A stretch of DNA of 32,000 bases from Candidatus Brocadia sp. (GCA_021650915.1 CP091279.1:3570001-3602000); one strand, 5' to 3'. Counted from the stretch's first letter, positions 1 to 11,381 are shown. Numbers and translations are program-made. The notes: generated by a model not told the origin, from the sequence alone.

Positions 1-1217
1 CAACCGGAAAAGACGGGGGTGGTTTAAGTTTTAATGGTGTGAATAATTATGTGTCAATCCCTCTCTTCAACAATAGCGAGGTGACTGTTAGCGCATGGTT
101 CCATAAAAACGCCCATGATACGACGCGGAATGACGCTATATTCAGCGGGTTCAGAAGTGGCGCGAATCGGCAAAATCGTGAAGGGTTTGAATTGCGGTTT
201 CCCGCAAGCGCCCCAGATACCCTTGAATTTATGCTTGTTACCCAGGATGGGGGTGGCGCCAGGACGAATCGGATTATCCGGCGAACCCTTCTGAATTCCG
301 TTGGCAATTGGTATCATGCCGTTGGCACCTATAATCAGACTACAGGCCAACAGAAGTTGTATGTAAACGGGGAATTGGTTCGTACGTTCACGCATCCGGC
401 AGGAAACACGGTCGTGCCTTTATCGTTTTATCCCGACATGCGAATAGGACATTCGAGGATTAATCACGGTTATTTCAATGGTGTCATCGATGACGTCCGC
501 CTTTACAATTATGCCCTGAACGACCAGGAAATCAAAAGCTTGTACAACGCCTTTACTGATGACCTGCAGGCCCGGTATGCCCTTGATGAAGGGGCGGGGA
601 CGATTGCCGGTGATTCGTCAGGCAACGGCAATCATGGTGAAGTCAGCGGAGGAGCGGCATGGACAACGGGGCAGACCGGGAATGGACTGGGTTTTGACGG
701 TGTGGATGACTCTGTGACGATTCCCCGAATCAACAACGATGAGGTCTCCGTCTGTGCGTGGTTCTATAAAAATGCCAATGATACGGCACAGAATGACGCC
801 ATCTTTGGCGGATTCAGGAACAGTTCAGACGTGCAGCGCAGGGAAGGATTTGCGCTGAGATTTCCCCCAGGCAATCCTGACACCCTCCAGTTTCTTCTCG
901 TAACGCAGGATGGAAGCGGCACAAGGATCATGAGAACAGCCCAAAGGAATTTAATCAATTCAGTTGGAAGCTGGCACCATGTCACGGGCACCTATAATAA
1001 GACAACGGGTGAGCAGAAGTTGTATGTAGATGGCGCACTGGTGAATACCCAAATGCATTCTGCAGGGAATACGATCGTGCCATTGAATACGTATGATGTT
1101 ATGGGAATAGGGCATTTGCGGGTAAATGGAGGGCATTTTAACGGCGTCCTTGACGATATTCGTCTTTACCGGAGGGCATTGACTGATCAGGAGGCGCTGG
1201 ACATTTACAATAACTGA
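1..1217 (+). CDS. LamG / concanavalin-A-like lectin domain repeat protein, C-terminal part (5' end outside window)
   Basis: The frame is open from base 3. Residues upstream of the GTG at 39 (TGKDGGGLSFNGVNNYVSIP) align with GQTGNGLGFDGVDDSVTIP of the second copy, so the gene starts left of the window. There are two ~185-aa copies of a LamG-type module (AWF.KNA.DT..NDAIF.GFR, KLYV.G.LV, FNGV.DD.RLY..AL.DQE). The linker LDEGAGTIAGDSSGNGNHG is typical of LamG repeat proteins. Stop TGA at 1215-1217. Confidence 0.75.
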   Translation, partial: TGKDGGGLSFNGVNNYVSIPLFNNSEVTVSAWFHKNAHDTTRNDAIFSGFRSGANRQNREGFELRFPASAPDTLEFMLVTQDGGGARTNRIIRRTLLNSVGNWYHAVGTYNQTTGQQKLYVNGELVRTFTHPAGNTVVPLSFYPDMRIGHSRINHGYFNGVIDDVRLYNYALNDQEIKSLYNAFTDDLQARYALDEGAGTIAGDSSGNGNHGEVSGGAAWTTGQTGNGLGFDGVDDSVTIPRINNDEVSVCAWFYKNANDTAQNDAIFGGFRNSSDVQRREGFALRFPPGNPDTLQFLLVTQDGSGTRIMRTAQRNLINSVGSWHHVTGTYNKTTGEQKLYVDGALVNTQMHSAGNTIVPLNTYDVMGIGHLRVNGGHFNGVLDDIRLYRRALTDQEALDIYNN

Positions 1218-1230
1218 GACCTGACGATTC

Positions 1231-1258
1231 GGAGAGCGAAGCACCCCCTTCGCTCTCC
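1231..1258 (+). terminator. Perfect 11-bp GC-rich hairpin 14 nt after the LamG stop
   Basis: GGAGAGCGAAG-cacccc-CTTCGCTCTCC. No U-tract follows (ggtcgaattt), so it is terminator-like rather than a canonical intrinsic terminator. Confidence 0.45.
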
Positions 1259-1278
1259 GGTCGAATTTGCAAGAGAAA

Positions 1279-1309
1279 TGGCGGATGCGCTCCGCCTTAT
1301 CCAGCTTAC
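1279..1309. repeat. REP-like palindromic element with CTTAC tail
   Basis: GGCGGA-tgcgc-TCCGCC followed by ttatccagcttac. The layout resembles enterobacterial REP units (stem plus CTTATCC..CTAC tail). Confidence 0.45.
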
Positions 1310-1341
1310 TGTTGAAAGTTCCGGAGGCAACAGAAACGAAA

Positions 1342-1384
1342 GGTGGATACGGCGATACAAGACAATCGCCTTAATCCACCCTAC
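1342..1384. repeat. REP-like nested hairpin with CCTAC tail
   Basis: Outer stem GGTGGAT/ATCCACC, inner stem GGCGAT/ATCGCC, then ctac. Confidence 0.45.
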
Positions 1385-1501
1385 CCATGCTGCCCATGCA
1401 TGGTGATATCCGTATTACCGTGGGACAGGGCATGGGGGAGAGCGTTACCGTTCCTTTTGATTTGTGATTCACCCTTTGTGTAGTTCCTAATAAAAAGCAT
1501 T

Positions 1502-1526
1502 GTAACACTTTAGCTTTTTGAAAAAT
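1502..1526 (+). repeat. 25-nt dispersed motif, copy A (GTAACACTTTAGCTTTTTGAAAAAT)
   Basis: One of four copies in the window sharing GTAACA(C/A)-N6-TT(T/C)TTGAAAAAT. Confidence 0.55.
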
Positions 1527-1552
1527 TCTCTCTATGAACAATATTGTCTTGA

Positions 1553-1580
1553 TAGGGGCAGGTTTCAAACCTGCCCCTAC
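1553..1580. repeat. REP-like perfect palindrome with CCTAC tail
   Basis: TAGGGGCAGGTTT-c-AAACCTGCCCCTA followed by c. This is a 13-bp perfect stem. Confidence 0.5.
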
Positions 1581-1609
1581 ACGGTATGGTAAATATAGCC
1601 TTTATTGGG

Positions 1610-1634
1610 ATTTTTCAAAAAACTAACGTGTTAC
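1610..1634 (-). repeat. 25-nt dispersed motif, copy B (reverse orientation)
   Basis: The reverse complement reads GTAACACGTTAGTTTTTTGAAAAAT. Confidence 0.55.
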
Positions 1635-1643
1635 CGATACTGT

Positions 1644-2018
1644 AATCCCGAAGGAATGACATGATTATAGCATAGTGTTATAGTATTACTGTATAAAAAC
1701 TTCTTTTTTTGTAAGTTTTTTCATAAGCCCCTTTCAGGAAGTACCGTTTTTTATGAGTGAAAGATTGCTTCGCTTCACTCGCAATGACAACGTGCAGTGT
1801 GCCATCAAAGTGCATGGTCACTGTCATTGCGAGGGCCTTTTCCGAAGCAATCTCCCCACTTTCATAAGGGAAATTTGGTTGCAGCTGTGCTGCGCTATGC
1901 AATTATGGTTAACCCCGCGGGGGGTGGCACAGTATCGCTATTTTCCCGGTATTTCACCCCTTACGGGGTTAAATATGGCGGTGCGTTTTTTCTATAATCA
2001 TGTCATCCCTTCGGGATT
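1644..2018. repeat. 375-bp segment bracketed by 27-bp inverted repeats (MITE-like module)
   Basis: 1644-1670 AATCCCGAAGGAATGACATGATTATAG is the reverse complement of 1992-2018 CTATAATCATGTCATCCCTTCGGGATT (26/27). Each arm carries TATAAT plus a small UUCG-loop hairpin. No ORF of convincing quality lies inside. Confidence 0.35.
1762..1853. repeat. Long imperfect hairpin of the 'CTCGCAATGACA / TGTCATTGCGAG' repeat family
   Basis: AGATTGCTTCG (1762-1772) pairs with CGAAGCAATCT (1843-1853). CTCGCAATGACA (1778-1789) pairs with TGTCATTGCGAG (1822-1833). The overlapping ORFs on both strands look like repeat-derived artefacts. Confidence 0.45.
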
Positions 2019-2040
2019 TTTCAAGAAACTGCAGTGTTAC
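2016..2040 (-). repeat. 25-nt dispersed motif, copy C (reverse orientation)
   Basis: The reverse complement reads GTAACACTGCAGTTTCTTGAAAAAT. Confidence 0.5.
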
Positions 2041-2160
2041 AAAATTTGTAAGTTTTGTTGAAAATACGTTCCGATTAGTGTATATATTACAGCATGAAAA
2101 CCCCCTTTCCCATTTCAATAAGGCATTATTGGTTCACAATCTTTACCAGGAAAAGCCCGG

Positions 2161-2757
2161 ATGGAACCGATTAGACGCTTAAAGATCGATTTCGAAAAAG
2201 AACTCATTTCCCCCATTCAGCTCTATTTGATGAGCATCCTGAACACCTGCGATGTGGTGTATGATGTGGATGGAGAGGTGGTTGGAGAAGTGAACGCCTC
2301 TTCCTATTGTAAAACCCTTCGGTTTGTCAGCGGGCGAAAAGACTTATGTCTGACTTACAGCCGCGAGCTGGCAAAAAGCGCCATCCAATTCAAAAAACCC
2401 TTTGAGGACGTGTGTCCGGGCGGTTTAACAATGCTTTCCCTGCCGCTTTGCCTGGATGAAAAAACGGTTATCGGAGCGCATTGCGTGACAATTTCCAATC
2501 CGCTCCGCTCAAAGTTCAGTGTCTATGATATTGCTGCACAGTTTCAAGTCGATGCCCGAATTCTTTGGGACGCCGTGAAAAAAACGCCGGCGATACCAAG
2601 GCCCATTCTAAAGATTGCCCATGAACAGGCGATTTTAACAACCGAGCTGATGTCAAAGACTATGGGCCGTATGCATATCTTAAAACAGAGCGAAGCGGCA
2701 ATGGCAAAAAAATACCATGAAGCTGAGGAGATTTTCAAAAACCATAAAGATAAATGA
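2161..2757 (+). CDS. Stand-alone PocR-like sensory domain protein (198 aa)
   Basis: The pattern VVYDVDGEVV..SSYCKTLR..G...C......A..A....KP.....CPGGL....LPL......IGAHCV matches my recollection of the PocR ligand-binding domain (conserved Cys, then C..GL, then PI/PL, then IG). No DNA-binding or kinase output domain. ATG start. Confidence 0.5.
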   Translation: MEPIRRLKIDFEKELISPIQLYLMSILNTCDVVYDVDGEVVGEVNASSYCKTLRFVSGRKDLCLTYSRELAKSAIQFKKPFEDVCPGGLTMLSLPLCLDEKTVIGAHCVTISNPLRSKFSVYDIAAQFQVDARILWDAVKKTPAIPRPILKIAHEQAILTTELMSKTMGRMHILKQSEAAMAKKYHEAEEIFKNHKDK

Positions 2758-2928
2758 GTCGTCAACAAGGGTAAATTTATCGCTTGAAATTTTCATGGGA
2801 AATGCTAAACTTTCCGGCAGTTTGCTTTTTTCTGTGTGTTGTCAGGTAACTCTTTTTCAGGATAACCATAAGATCTCCTATATTTGTGCCGTTTACAAGA
2901 CCTACCTTTAGATAGGAGGATGTACGGA

Positions 2929-3711
2929 ATGAGAAGTATTGCATTGCTTAACCAGAAAGGTGGCGTGGGAAAAACCACGACAACTGCGAATCTGGGTGCC
3001 TGCCTCTCAATACTGGGGAAAAAGGTGTTGACTATTGATATGGATCCTCAAGCCAATTTGAGTGTGCACCTCGGCGTGGATATTCACAATTTGAAACATT
3101 CTGTGTACCATCTCATTATGGGGGAGTGCAAGCCGGAAGAAGTGATTGTGCACACGAAGGTGCCGGGTCTGGATATTATTCCTTCCAATATAGAACTCTC
3201 CGGTGCAGAGATTGAGTTGGTTGGCATTGTAGGGAGAGAGACGGTGCTCAAGGAATATCTGGGGGACGTTCTCGATCAATATGATTACGTCCTTGTTGAT
3301 TGTCCTCCCTCCCTTGGTTTGCTTACGCTGAATGTTCTGACTTTTGTGCGCGAGCTCTTTATTCCCTTGCAGACCGAATTCTTTGCCTTGCAAGGGGTAA
3401 GTAAATTGTTGGATACCTTTGAGGTGGTTCGGAAGAGACTCAATAATCATTTAGAGATTACCGGGATTATTTTTTGTATGTATACCAGCCGCGCCCGGCT
3501 TTGCAACGAGGTTATTGAAAAGGTAAAAGAGTATCCGCCGCTTGGGGATAAGGCGTTTAATACGATTATTCGAAAGAATGTAAAACTCTCGGAATCGCCA
3601 AGCCATGGTAAGCCAATTATCGCCTATGCGCCTGGCTCTCATGGTTCCGAAGACTATTTGGCCCTGGCGAAAGAAGTGTTGCAGCAGGAAAACGGCAAAA
3701 AAGTAGTTTGA
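2929..3711 (+). CDS. ParA/Soj/MinD-family P-loop ATPase
   Basis: MRSIALLNQKGGVGKTTTTANLG carries the deviant Walker A, followed by DMDPQANLS and VLVDCPPSLG (Walker B region). The start is set at ATG 2929, 9 nt after AGGAGG (2914-2919), rather than at the track start 2884. Confidence 0.9.
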   Translation: MRSIALLNQKGGVGKTTTTANLGACLSILGKKVLTIDMDPQANLSVHLGVDIHNLKHSVYHLIMGECKPEEVIVHTKVPGLDIIPSNIELSGAEIELVGIVGRETVLKEYLGDVLDQYDYVLVDCPPSLGLLTLNVLTFVRELFIPLQTEFFALQGVSKLLDTFEVVRKRLNNHLEITGIIFCMYTSRARLCNEVIEKVKEYPPLGDKAFNTIIRKNVKLSESPSHGKPIIAYAPGSHGSEDYLALAKEVLQQENGKKVV

Positions 3712-3862
3712 GGCAGGAAAGGGATGTCGGTATGGAATCGCCATGACCTCGTTTGACGCAACGCGGATTTAAGTTTTTGCCGGGTGGGAATAATTTTGTG
3801 AAGGAGGCATTTCCCGTTTATGCCGGTTTTCATAATCAATAGAGTGTTGGTTTGGAGGGGAC

Positions 3863-4456
3863 ATGGGAAAGGATAGCGCGCTTGGCCACGATCCGTTGAA
3901 TTGGATGAAGGTGGTGCAGGAGAGTAAAAAATCAGTTTCTTTGGGGAATGGTAATGCGGCGGATCAGAATACCACGAGAAGTGAACAACCGGCCGGGCCA
4001 CAGGTAACAGCAAAACAGCACGCACCCGCTTCGCCAGGCGATGATAAGACGCCGCCTGTCCTGAAAGAGCCGCAGCCCCAGAATAAAACCGATAACAGAG
4101 CCGGCGGCGCTTCTGTGCCAAAACAAAAGGTTATGATTGGCCGATTGTACGAGAAACCATCTGCAGAAAAGACGAAATCAACGCCGCATACCGAAATTGT
4201 ATCGCCGGTATCCAGACCGTATTCCGGCCCGTCTCTGCCGGCGTCGCCACGTCTCCAGCCGGTTCAGAAAAGTGAGCGAACAACAGTGCCTTTCTCCCTG
4301 TCTGCGGATCGGATGTCTACCTATATCATCGTTGCATATACGGCGCTTTTGCTTATCCTGGGATATTTTGTATACCACGATCTTTCGAAACGGACGAGCA
4401 GAATTGAGGCGCGGCTCTTTGCCGTCGAAAAGGCGCTGCGTTTAAAGCAGCGTTAA
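3863..4456 (+). CDS. Hypothetical tail-anchored protein: N-terminal peptide, long P/Q/K/S-rich disordered region, one C-terminal TM helix
   Basis: ATG preceded by GGAGG (3854-3858). N-terminus is MGKDSALGHDPLNWMK. About 140 aa are low complexity. The TM segment is YIIVAYTALLLILGYFVY, followed by the basic helix SKRTSRIEARLFAVEKALRLKQR. I recognise no family. Low-complexity ORFs can be spurious, but its position and RBS support it. Confidence 0.55.
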   Translation: MGKDSALGHDPLNWMKVVQESKKSVSLGNGNAADQNTTRSEQPAGPQVTAKQHAPASPGDDKTPPVLKEPQPQNKTDNRAGGASVPKQKVMIGRLYEKPSAEKTKSTPHTEIVSPVSRPYSGPSLPASPRLQPVQKSERTTVPFSLSADRMSTYIIVAYTALLLILGYFVYHDLSKRTSRIEARLFAVEKALRLKQR

Positions 4457-5409
4457 GATGTAATGGTGGCGTGTTCGCCTCGGAATGTCTTTATCTGCCC
4501 GTTATCCAGCCTCAGCATTAAACCGCCGTTATTTGAGATGTCAATGACCTTGCCCGTGTATTCAGCGCCGCCGTCTTTCATGGTTAACGTTTCACCAACG
4601 GTAATGCAAAGATTCTTCCATTGCTCGGTAATATATCCAAAATGCTCGTCTTTCAGTATGGAGAACCACCGGTCAATGTCATGAAGCAGCGCCTTTGCAA
4701 GAGAAATACGATCGATAAAGCTGTGGCTTTCCAGAGAAAGCGAGGTCGCCGGCAGACGCGTTTGTTTTGGCAGCTCTTCTTCGGAACTATTGACGTTCAG
4801 TCCGATTCCAACTAAAAATACCGATTGGTTTTTTCGTCCCCGTTCCCATTCTACTAATACACCGCCAACCTTTTTCCTGCCGATCAGGATGTCGTTGGGC
4901 CATTTAATCTCAGCCGGAAGATGCAATGTTTCGCGTATGGTTTCTGTGATCGAAACGGCCATTGTGCCCACGAATAAACAGAGGTGGTCCTGCGGTATGG
5001 TGTGCCTTAGCAAGAGAGTGAATAGCAAACCCTTATATCGGGGACAGAACCACGAATGGCCAGAACGCCCTTTTCCCTGAGTTTGTTCCTCGGCGAAAAT
5101 TACCGTTCCATTTTTAAAACCCGTGCGGGCAATTCGCTTGGCAATATCCATGGTTGAGGTTGTCTGTTCGTACGTTATCACGGAACTGCCCACGACCTTT
5201 GTTTTGAGTTCCCTGGTGATTTCATCCGGCTGTAAACGTTTCGGTGTTTCCGGCAATATGGCCCCGTTGCGTGGCTGACGGACGAGCGTATCGCTGCCGT
5301 TTTTTACAGACGCTGGTTCGTTTCCGTGCGTTTCTCCGTGCACGGATTTTTTGGCCGGGTGTTTGCCTGAGGTTTGGATTAGGTTGTTGTCGTGGTTTGT
5401 GTGTATCAT
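4453..5409 (-). CDS. birA: Biotin--[acetyl-CoA-carboxylase] ligase (BirA, catalytic type without obvious HTH)
   Basis: GKGRSGHSWFCP is the biotin-protein-ligase GRGRxGRxW motif. KWPNDIL is also present, and the C-terminal domain ends TFRGEHATITS. The first ~65 aa are low complexity, so the true start may be downstream (for example GTG in KTKVVGSS). Confidence 0.8.
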   Translation of the reverse strand: MIHTNHDNNLIQTSGKHPAKKSVHGETHGNEPASVKNGSDTLVRQPRNGAILPETPKRLQPDEITRELKTKVVGSSVITYEQTTSTMDIAKRIARTGFKNGTVIFAEEQTQGKGRSGHSWFCPRYKGLLFTLLLRHTIPQDHLCLFVGTMAVSITETIRETLHLPAEIKWPNDILIGRKKVGGVLVEWERGRKNQSVFLVGIGLNVNSSEEELPKQTRLPATSLSLESHSFIDRISLAKALLHDIDRWFSILKDEHFGYITEQWKNLCITVGETLTMKDGGAEYTGKVIDISNNGGLMLRLDNGQIKTFRGEHATITS

Positions 5410-5779
5410 TAAGATACTTATTTTCGCGCGGGTAAGTTTTTGTCAAAATAATTTCTGGCGATCAAAATATGCCATAAATTCATGAAAAGTCAAGCATGAA
5501 AAAGGGAAAGCAGGTGCCGTGTTTTTTTGCAGAAATAAAATTATCGCCGCCCCTGCCATACTGACAGAAGTTGTTTGTGTTAAAAGTTTTTTGCTGTCAC
5601 AATGGCATCTTTATCATGAAAGAAGTATCTTTGGTTTTGATTGTGCTCATTATAAGGCTTTGTATCAATTATAGTTATTGTTGTCTTGTATTTATGTGTA
5701 TGCTAAGGCATCGTATTTGCTAAAATTCGATAATCGCTAGATTTTTAAATTTAATAATGGTGCTGACAAAAAAACCTAA

Positions 5780-7480
<1,701 letters not shown>

Positions 7481-7566
7481 TCTCCCATATCAGGGAACTC
7501 GTATAAGGTGTATCATGCATTTTCAACATTTTGATGCTTATTTTTATGAGGAGGGGAAGAGTAAAA

Positions 7567-7851
7567 ATGATCAGACCATTAGATGACAGGGTAGTGATTG
7601 AACCCATGGAAGCAGAAGAGAAGACAGCCGGAGGAATTCTGTTGCCTGACACGGCAAAAGAGAAACCGATGAAGGGAAAGATTATCGCCGTTGGCGAAGG
7701 GAAGATGCTGGAAAGCGGGAAAAGGGCTGAGCTTCTGGTGAAAAAGGGAGACAAAGTCCTTTATGGAAAATACGCCGGGACCGAAGTTACCGTGGACGGT
7801 AAGGAATATCTGGTGATGAGAGAAAGTGACATTTTAGCGAAGATCGAGTAA
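7567..7851 (+). CDS. groES: Co-chaperonin GroES
   Basis: [43 protein letters not shown] is canonical Cpn10. The start is set at ATG 7567, after GAGGAGGGG, not at the track start 7531. Confidence 0.95.
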   Translation: MIRPLDDRVVIEPMEAEEKTAGGILLPDTAKEKPMKGKIIAVGEGKMLESGKRAELLVKKGDKVLYGKYAGTEVTVDGKEYLVMRESDILAKIE

Positions 7852-9519
<1,668 letters not shown>

Positions 9520-9550
9520 CCAGATGCTTGTGAACAATTGAGATTCTGAG

Positions 9551-9589
9551 AAAAGTAAAAAGGCTGCGTTCGGTAGCCTTTTTACTTTT
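9551..9589 (+). terminator. Intrinsic terminator after groEL-2
   Basis: Perfect 15-bp stem AAAAGTAAAAAGGCT / AGCCTTTTTACTTTT with a 9-nt loop. The 3' arm supplies the T-run. Confidence 0.7.
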
Positions 9590-9666
9590 ATACGCTTACC
9601 AGCCCTTTGTTTAATGACGAGATGAAAGCGTGTTTGTTTGGTTTCCGAAATGCGTTGTAAATCATC

Positions 9667-9696
9667 TTGATTTTATGCAGTTGTATATACTATAAT
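9667..9696 (+). promoter_or_regulatory. Candidate sigma70-type promoter for dnaJ
   Basis: TTGATT, 18 nt, TATAAT, about 70 nt upstream of the dnaJ ATG. The spacer is one nt longer than optimal. No CIRCE element was seen. Confidence 0.3.
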
Positions 9697-9764
9697 TTTT
9701 TATGCTATTCATGTTTCATATCTGATTGCATTTCTTAAGAGAAGATCTCCTTATTTAATACAGC

Positions 9765-10883
9765 ATGGAAGAGGATTTTTACAAAATTCTGGGTGTTGAC
9801 AGAAACGCGAGCGGGGAAGAGATAAAAAAGGCGTACCGGAAGATCGCCTTAAAATATCACCCTGACCGGAATCCCGGCAATAAAGAAGCTGAACAGATCT
9901 TCAAAAAGGCTGCCGAAGCTTATGGAGTGCTGGGCGACCCTGATAAAAAGCGGAAGTATGACCAATTTGGAATGGATGGTCTGAAAGGCACAGGGGCGCC
10001 TGGTTACAGCACCTTTGAGGATATTTTTGATGCCTTTGGGGATATTTTTGGCGGCGGAAGTATTTTTGAGGATTTCTTTGGAGGAGGCCGCGCCCGTGGA
10101 AAGGCTGCACGAAAAGGGGCGAGTCTCAAGTGTGATATTGAGGTCGATTTTAAGGATGTCGCCACTGGTGTCGAAAAAAAGATTGAGTTAACGAAAAGGG
10201 AAGTCTGTGATGTGTGCCGTGGAAGCGGCGCCCGCGACGGTACCTCTCCTGCTGTATGCCCATACTGCAGAGGAAAGGGGGAGGTGCAGCAGTCGCAGGG
10301 TTTTTTCACCCTGCGGACGACGTGTCCGAAATGTCATGGGGCCGGAAAGATAATAGAATCCCCTTGCGCAAAATGCGGGGGTTCGGGGCGCTGTCCGAAA
10401 AAATCAATTATCTCTATTCAGGTGCCGCCGGGAGTTGAGGATAGTACCCGGCTGAGATTGACGGGACAGGGAGAGTCAGGGGAAAACGGGGCCCCTTCAG
10501 GAGATTTGTATTGCGATATTCATGTGAAACCCCATCCGATTTTTAAGCGACAGGGCGACGATGTTCTGTGCGAGGTGCCCGTCTCTTTTGCTCAGGCCGC
10601 ATTAGGCTGTACTATTGAGGTTCCCACCCTTGCCGGCACGATTATTCAGGTAAAGATTCCCAAGGGAACTCAAAACAATGAGGTTATTCCGATTCGGGGG
10701 GAAGGTTTTCCGAATTTGCATGGATACAGGAAGGGGAATCTGCTGGTGCAGGTGATTGTGGAGGTGCCTACGAAAATGACCTCACGGCAGGAGGAATTAT
10801 TGCGTGAGTTTGCGGAACTGGAAAAGAAAAATATTTCTCCCCGGCAAAAGAAATTTTTTGAAAAGATGAAGGATCTCTTCTGA
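9765..10883 (+). CDS. dnaJ: Molecular chaperone DnaJ (type I)
   Basis: J domain (YKILGV..YRKIALKYHPDRN), G/F-rich linker, four CxxCxGxG zinc-finger repeats and a C-terminal substrate-binding domain. Confidence 0.95.
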   Translation: MEEDFYKILGVDRNASGEEIKKAYRKIALKYHPDRNPGNKEAEQIFKKAAEAYGVLGDPDKKRKYDQFGMDGLKGTGAPGYSTFEDIFDAFGDIFGGGSIFEDFFGGGRARGKAARKGASLKCDIEVDFKDVATGVEKKIELTKREVCDVCRGSGARDGTSPAVCPYCRGKGEVQQSQGFFTLRTTCPKCHGAGKIIESPCAKCGGSGRCPKKSIISIQVPPGVEDSTRLRLTGQGESGENGAPSGDLYCDIHVKPHPIFKRQGDDVLCEVPVSFAQAALGCTIEVPTLAGTIIQVKIPKGTQNNEVIPIRGEGFPNLHGYRKGNLLVQVIVEVPTKMTSRQEELLREFAELEKKNISPRQKKFFEKMKDLF

Positions 10884-10900
10884 GTTTGAGATTTGTTAGT

Positions 10901-10973
10901 CGCTTCATTCTCTCAGAATAACAAACGGTTTCATGCGGAGTGGATAAAACCGTTTGTTATTCTGGGCAAAGCG
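10901..10973. repeat. Long hairpin (18-bp perfect stem) after dnaJ: repeat-family element and possible terminator
   Basis: CAGAATAACAAACGGTTT (10914-10931) pairs with AAACCGTTTGTTATTCTG (10947-10964). The outer pair is CGCTT/AAGCG. The sequence style (CGCTTC..CAGAATAACAA) resembles the element at 1762-1853. No U-tract. Confidence 0.5.
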
Positions 10974-11114
10974 AAGGATGTGGTTTTTCAATGAGCAGAG
11001 AGTGGTGTGACGGGCGTTGCGCTCGTTCTGTATTTATTTGTTGTCTGTCAGGTGGGTTGCCTGAGACCCTTGTTTTGCCACTATTTTTAACGTGATAATT
11101 GATGAGGAAGAAAT

Positions 11115-11381
11115 ATGCCGACGTATGATTATAAATGCAGTGCTTGCAGCCATTCGTTTGAATTGTTTCAGCACATTAAGGAAAATCCCGTAAAAAAATG
11201 TCCCGCCTGCGGAAAACTGAAGGTAGAGCGGGTGATCGGGGCGGGCGGAGCGGTTATCTTTAAGGGGTCAGGTTTTTATCAGACCGATTACCGGAGTGAA
11301 GAATATAAGTCAAAAGCCAAAAAGGAAGCCGAACCGGTAAAATCTGAAAAATCAGAAACCAAAGCAACGGAAAAGAAATGA
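11115..11381 (+). CDS. FmdB-family zinc-ribbon protein (CxxC-CxxC)
   Basis: MPTYDYKCSACSHSFE...KKCPACG...KGSGFYQTDYRS is the characteristic FmdB/Zn-ribbon signature, followed by a lysine/glutamate-rich tail. Confidence 0.8.
   Translation: MPTYDYKCSACSHSFELFQHIKENPVKKCPACGKLKVERVIGAGGAVIFKGSGFYQTDYRSEEYKSKAKKEAEPVKSEKSETKATEKK

Noticed and set aside
1-2160. Possibility of a diversity-generating retroelement (lectin-fold target gene with a hairpin after its stop, and an RT elsewhere in the window)
   Set aside because: I could find no template repeat matching the 3' end of the LamG gene. The only RT (22175-22822) is a group II intron RT with domain V, 21 kb away. The differences between the two LamG copies are not adenine-specific.
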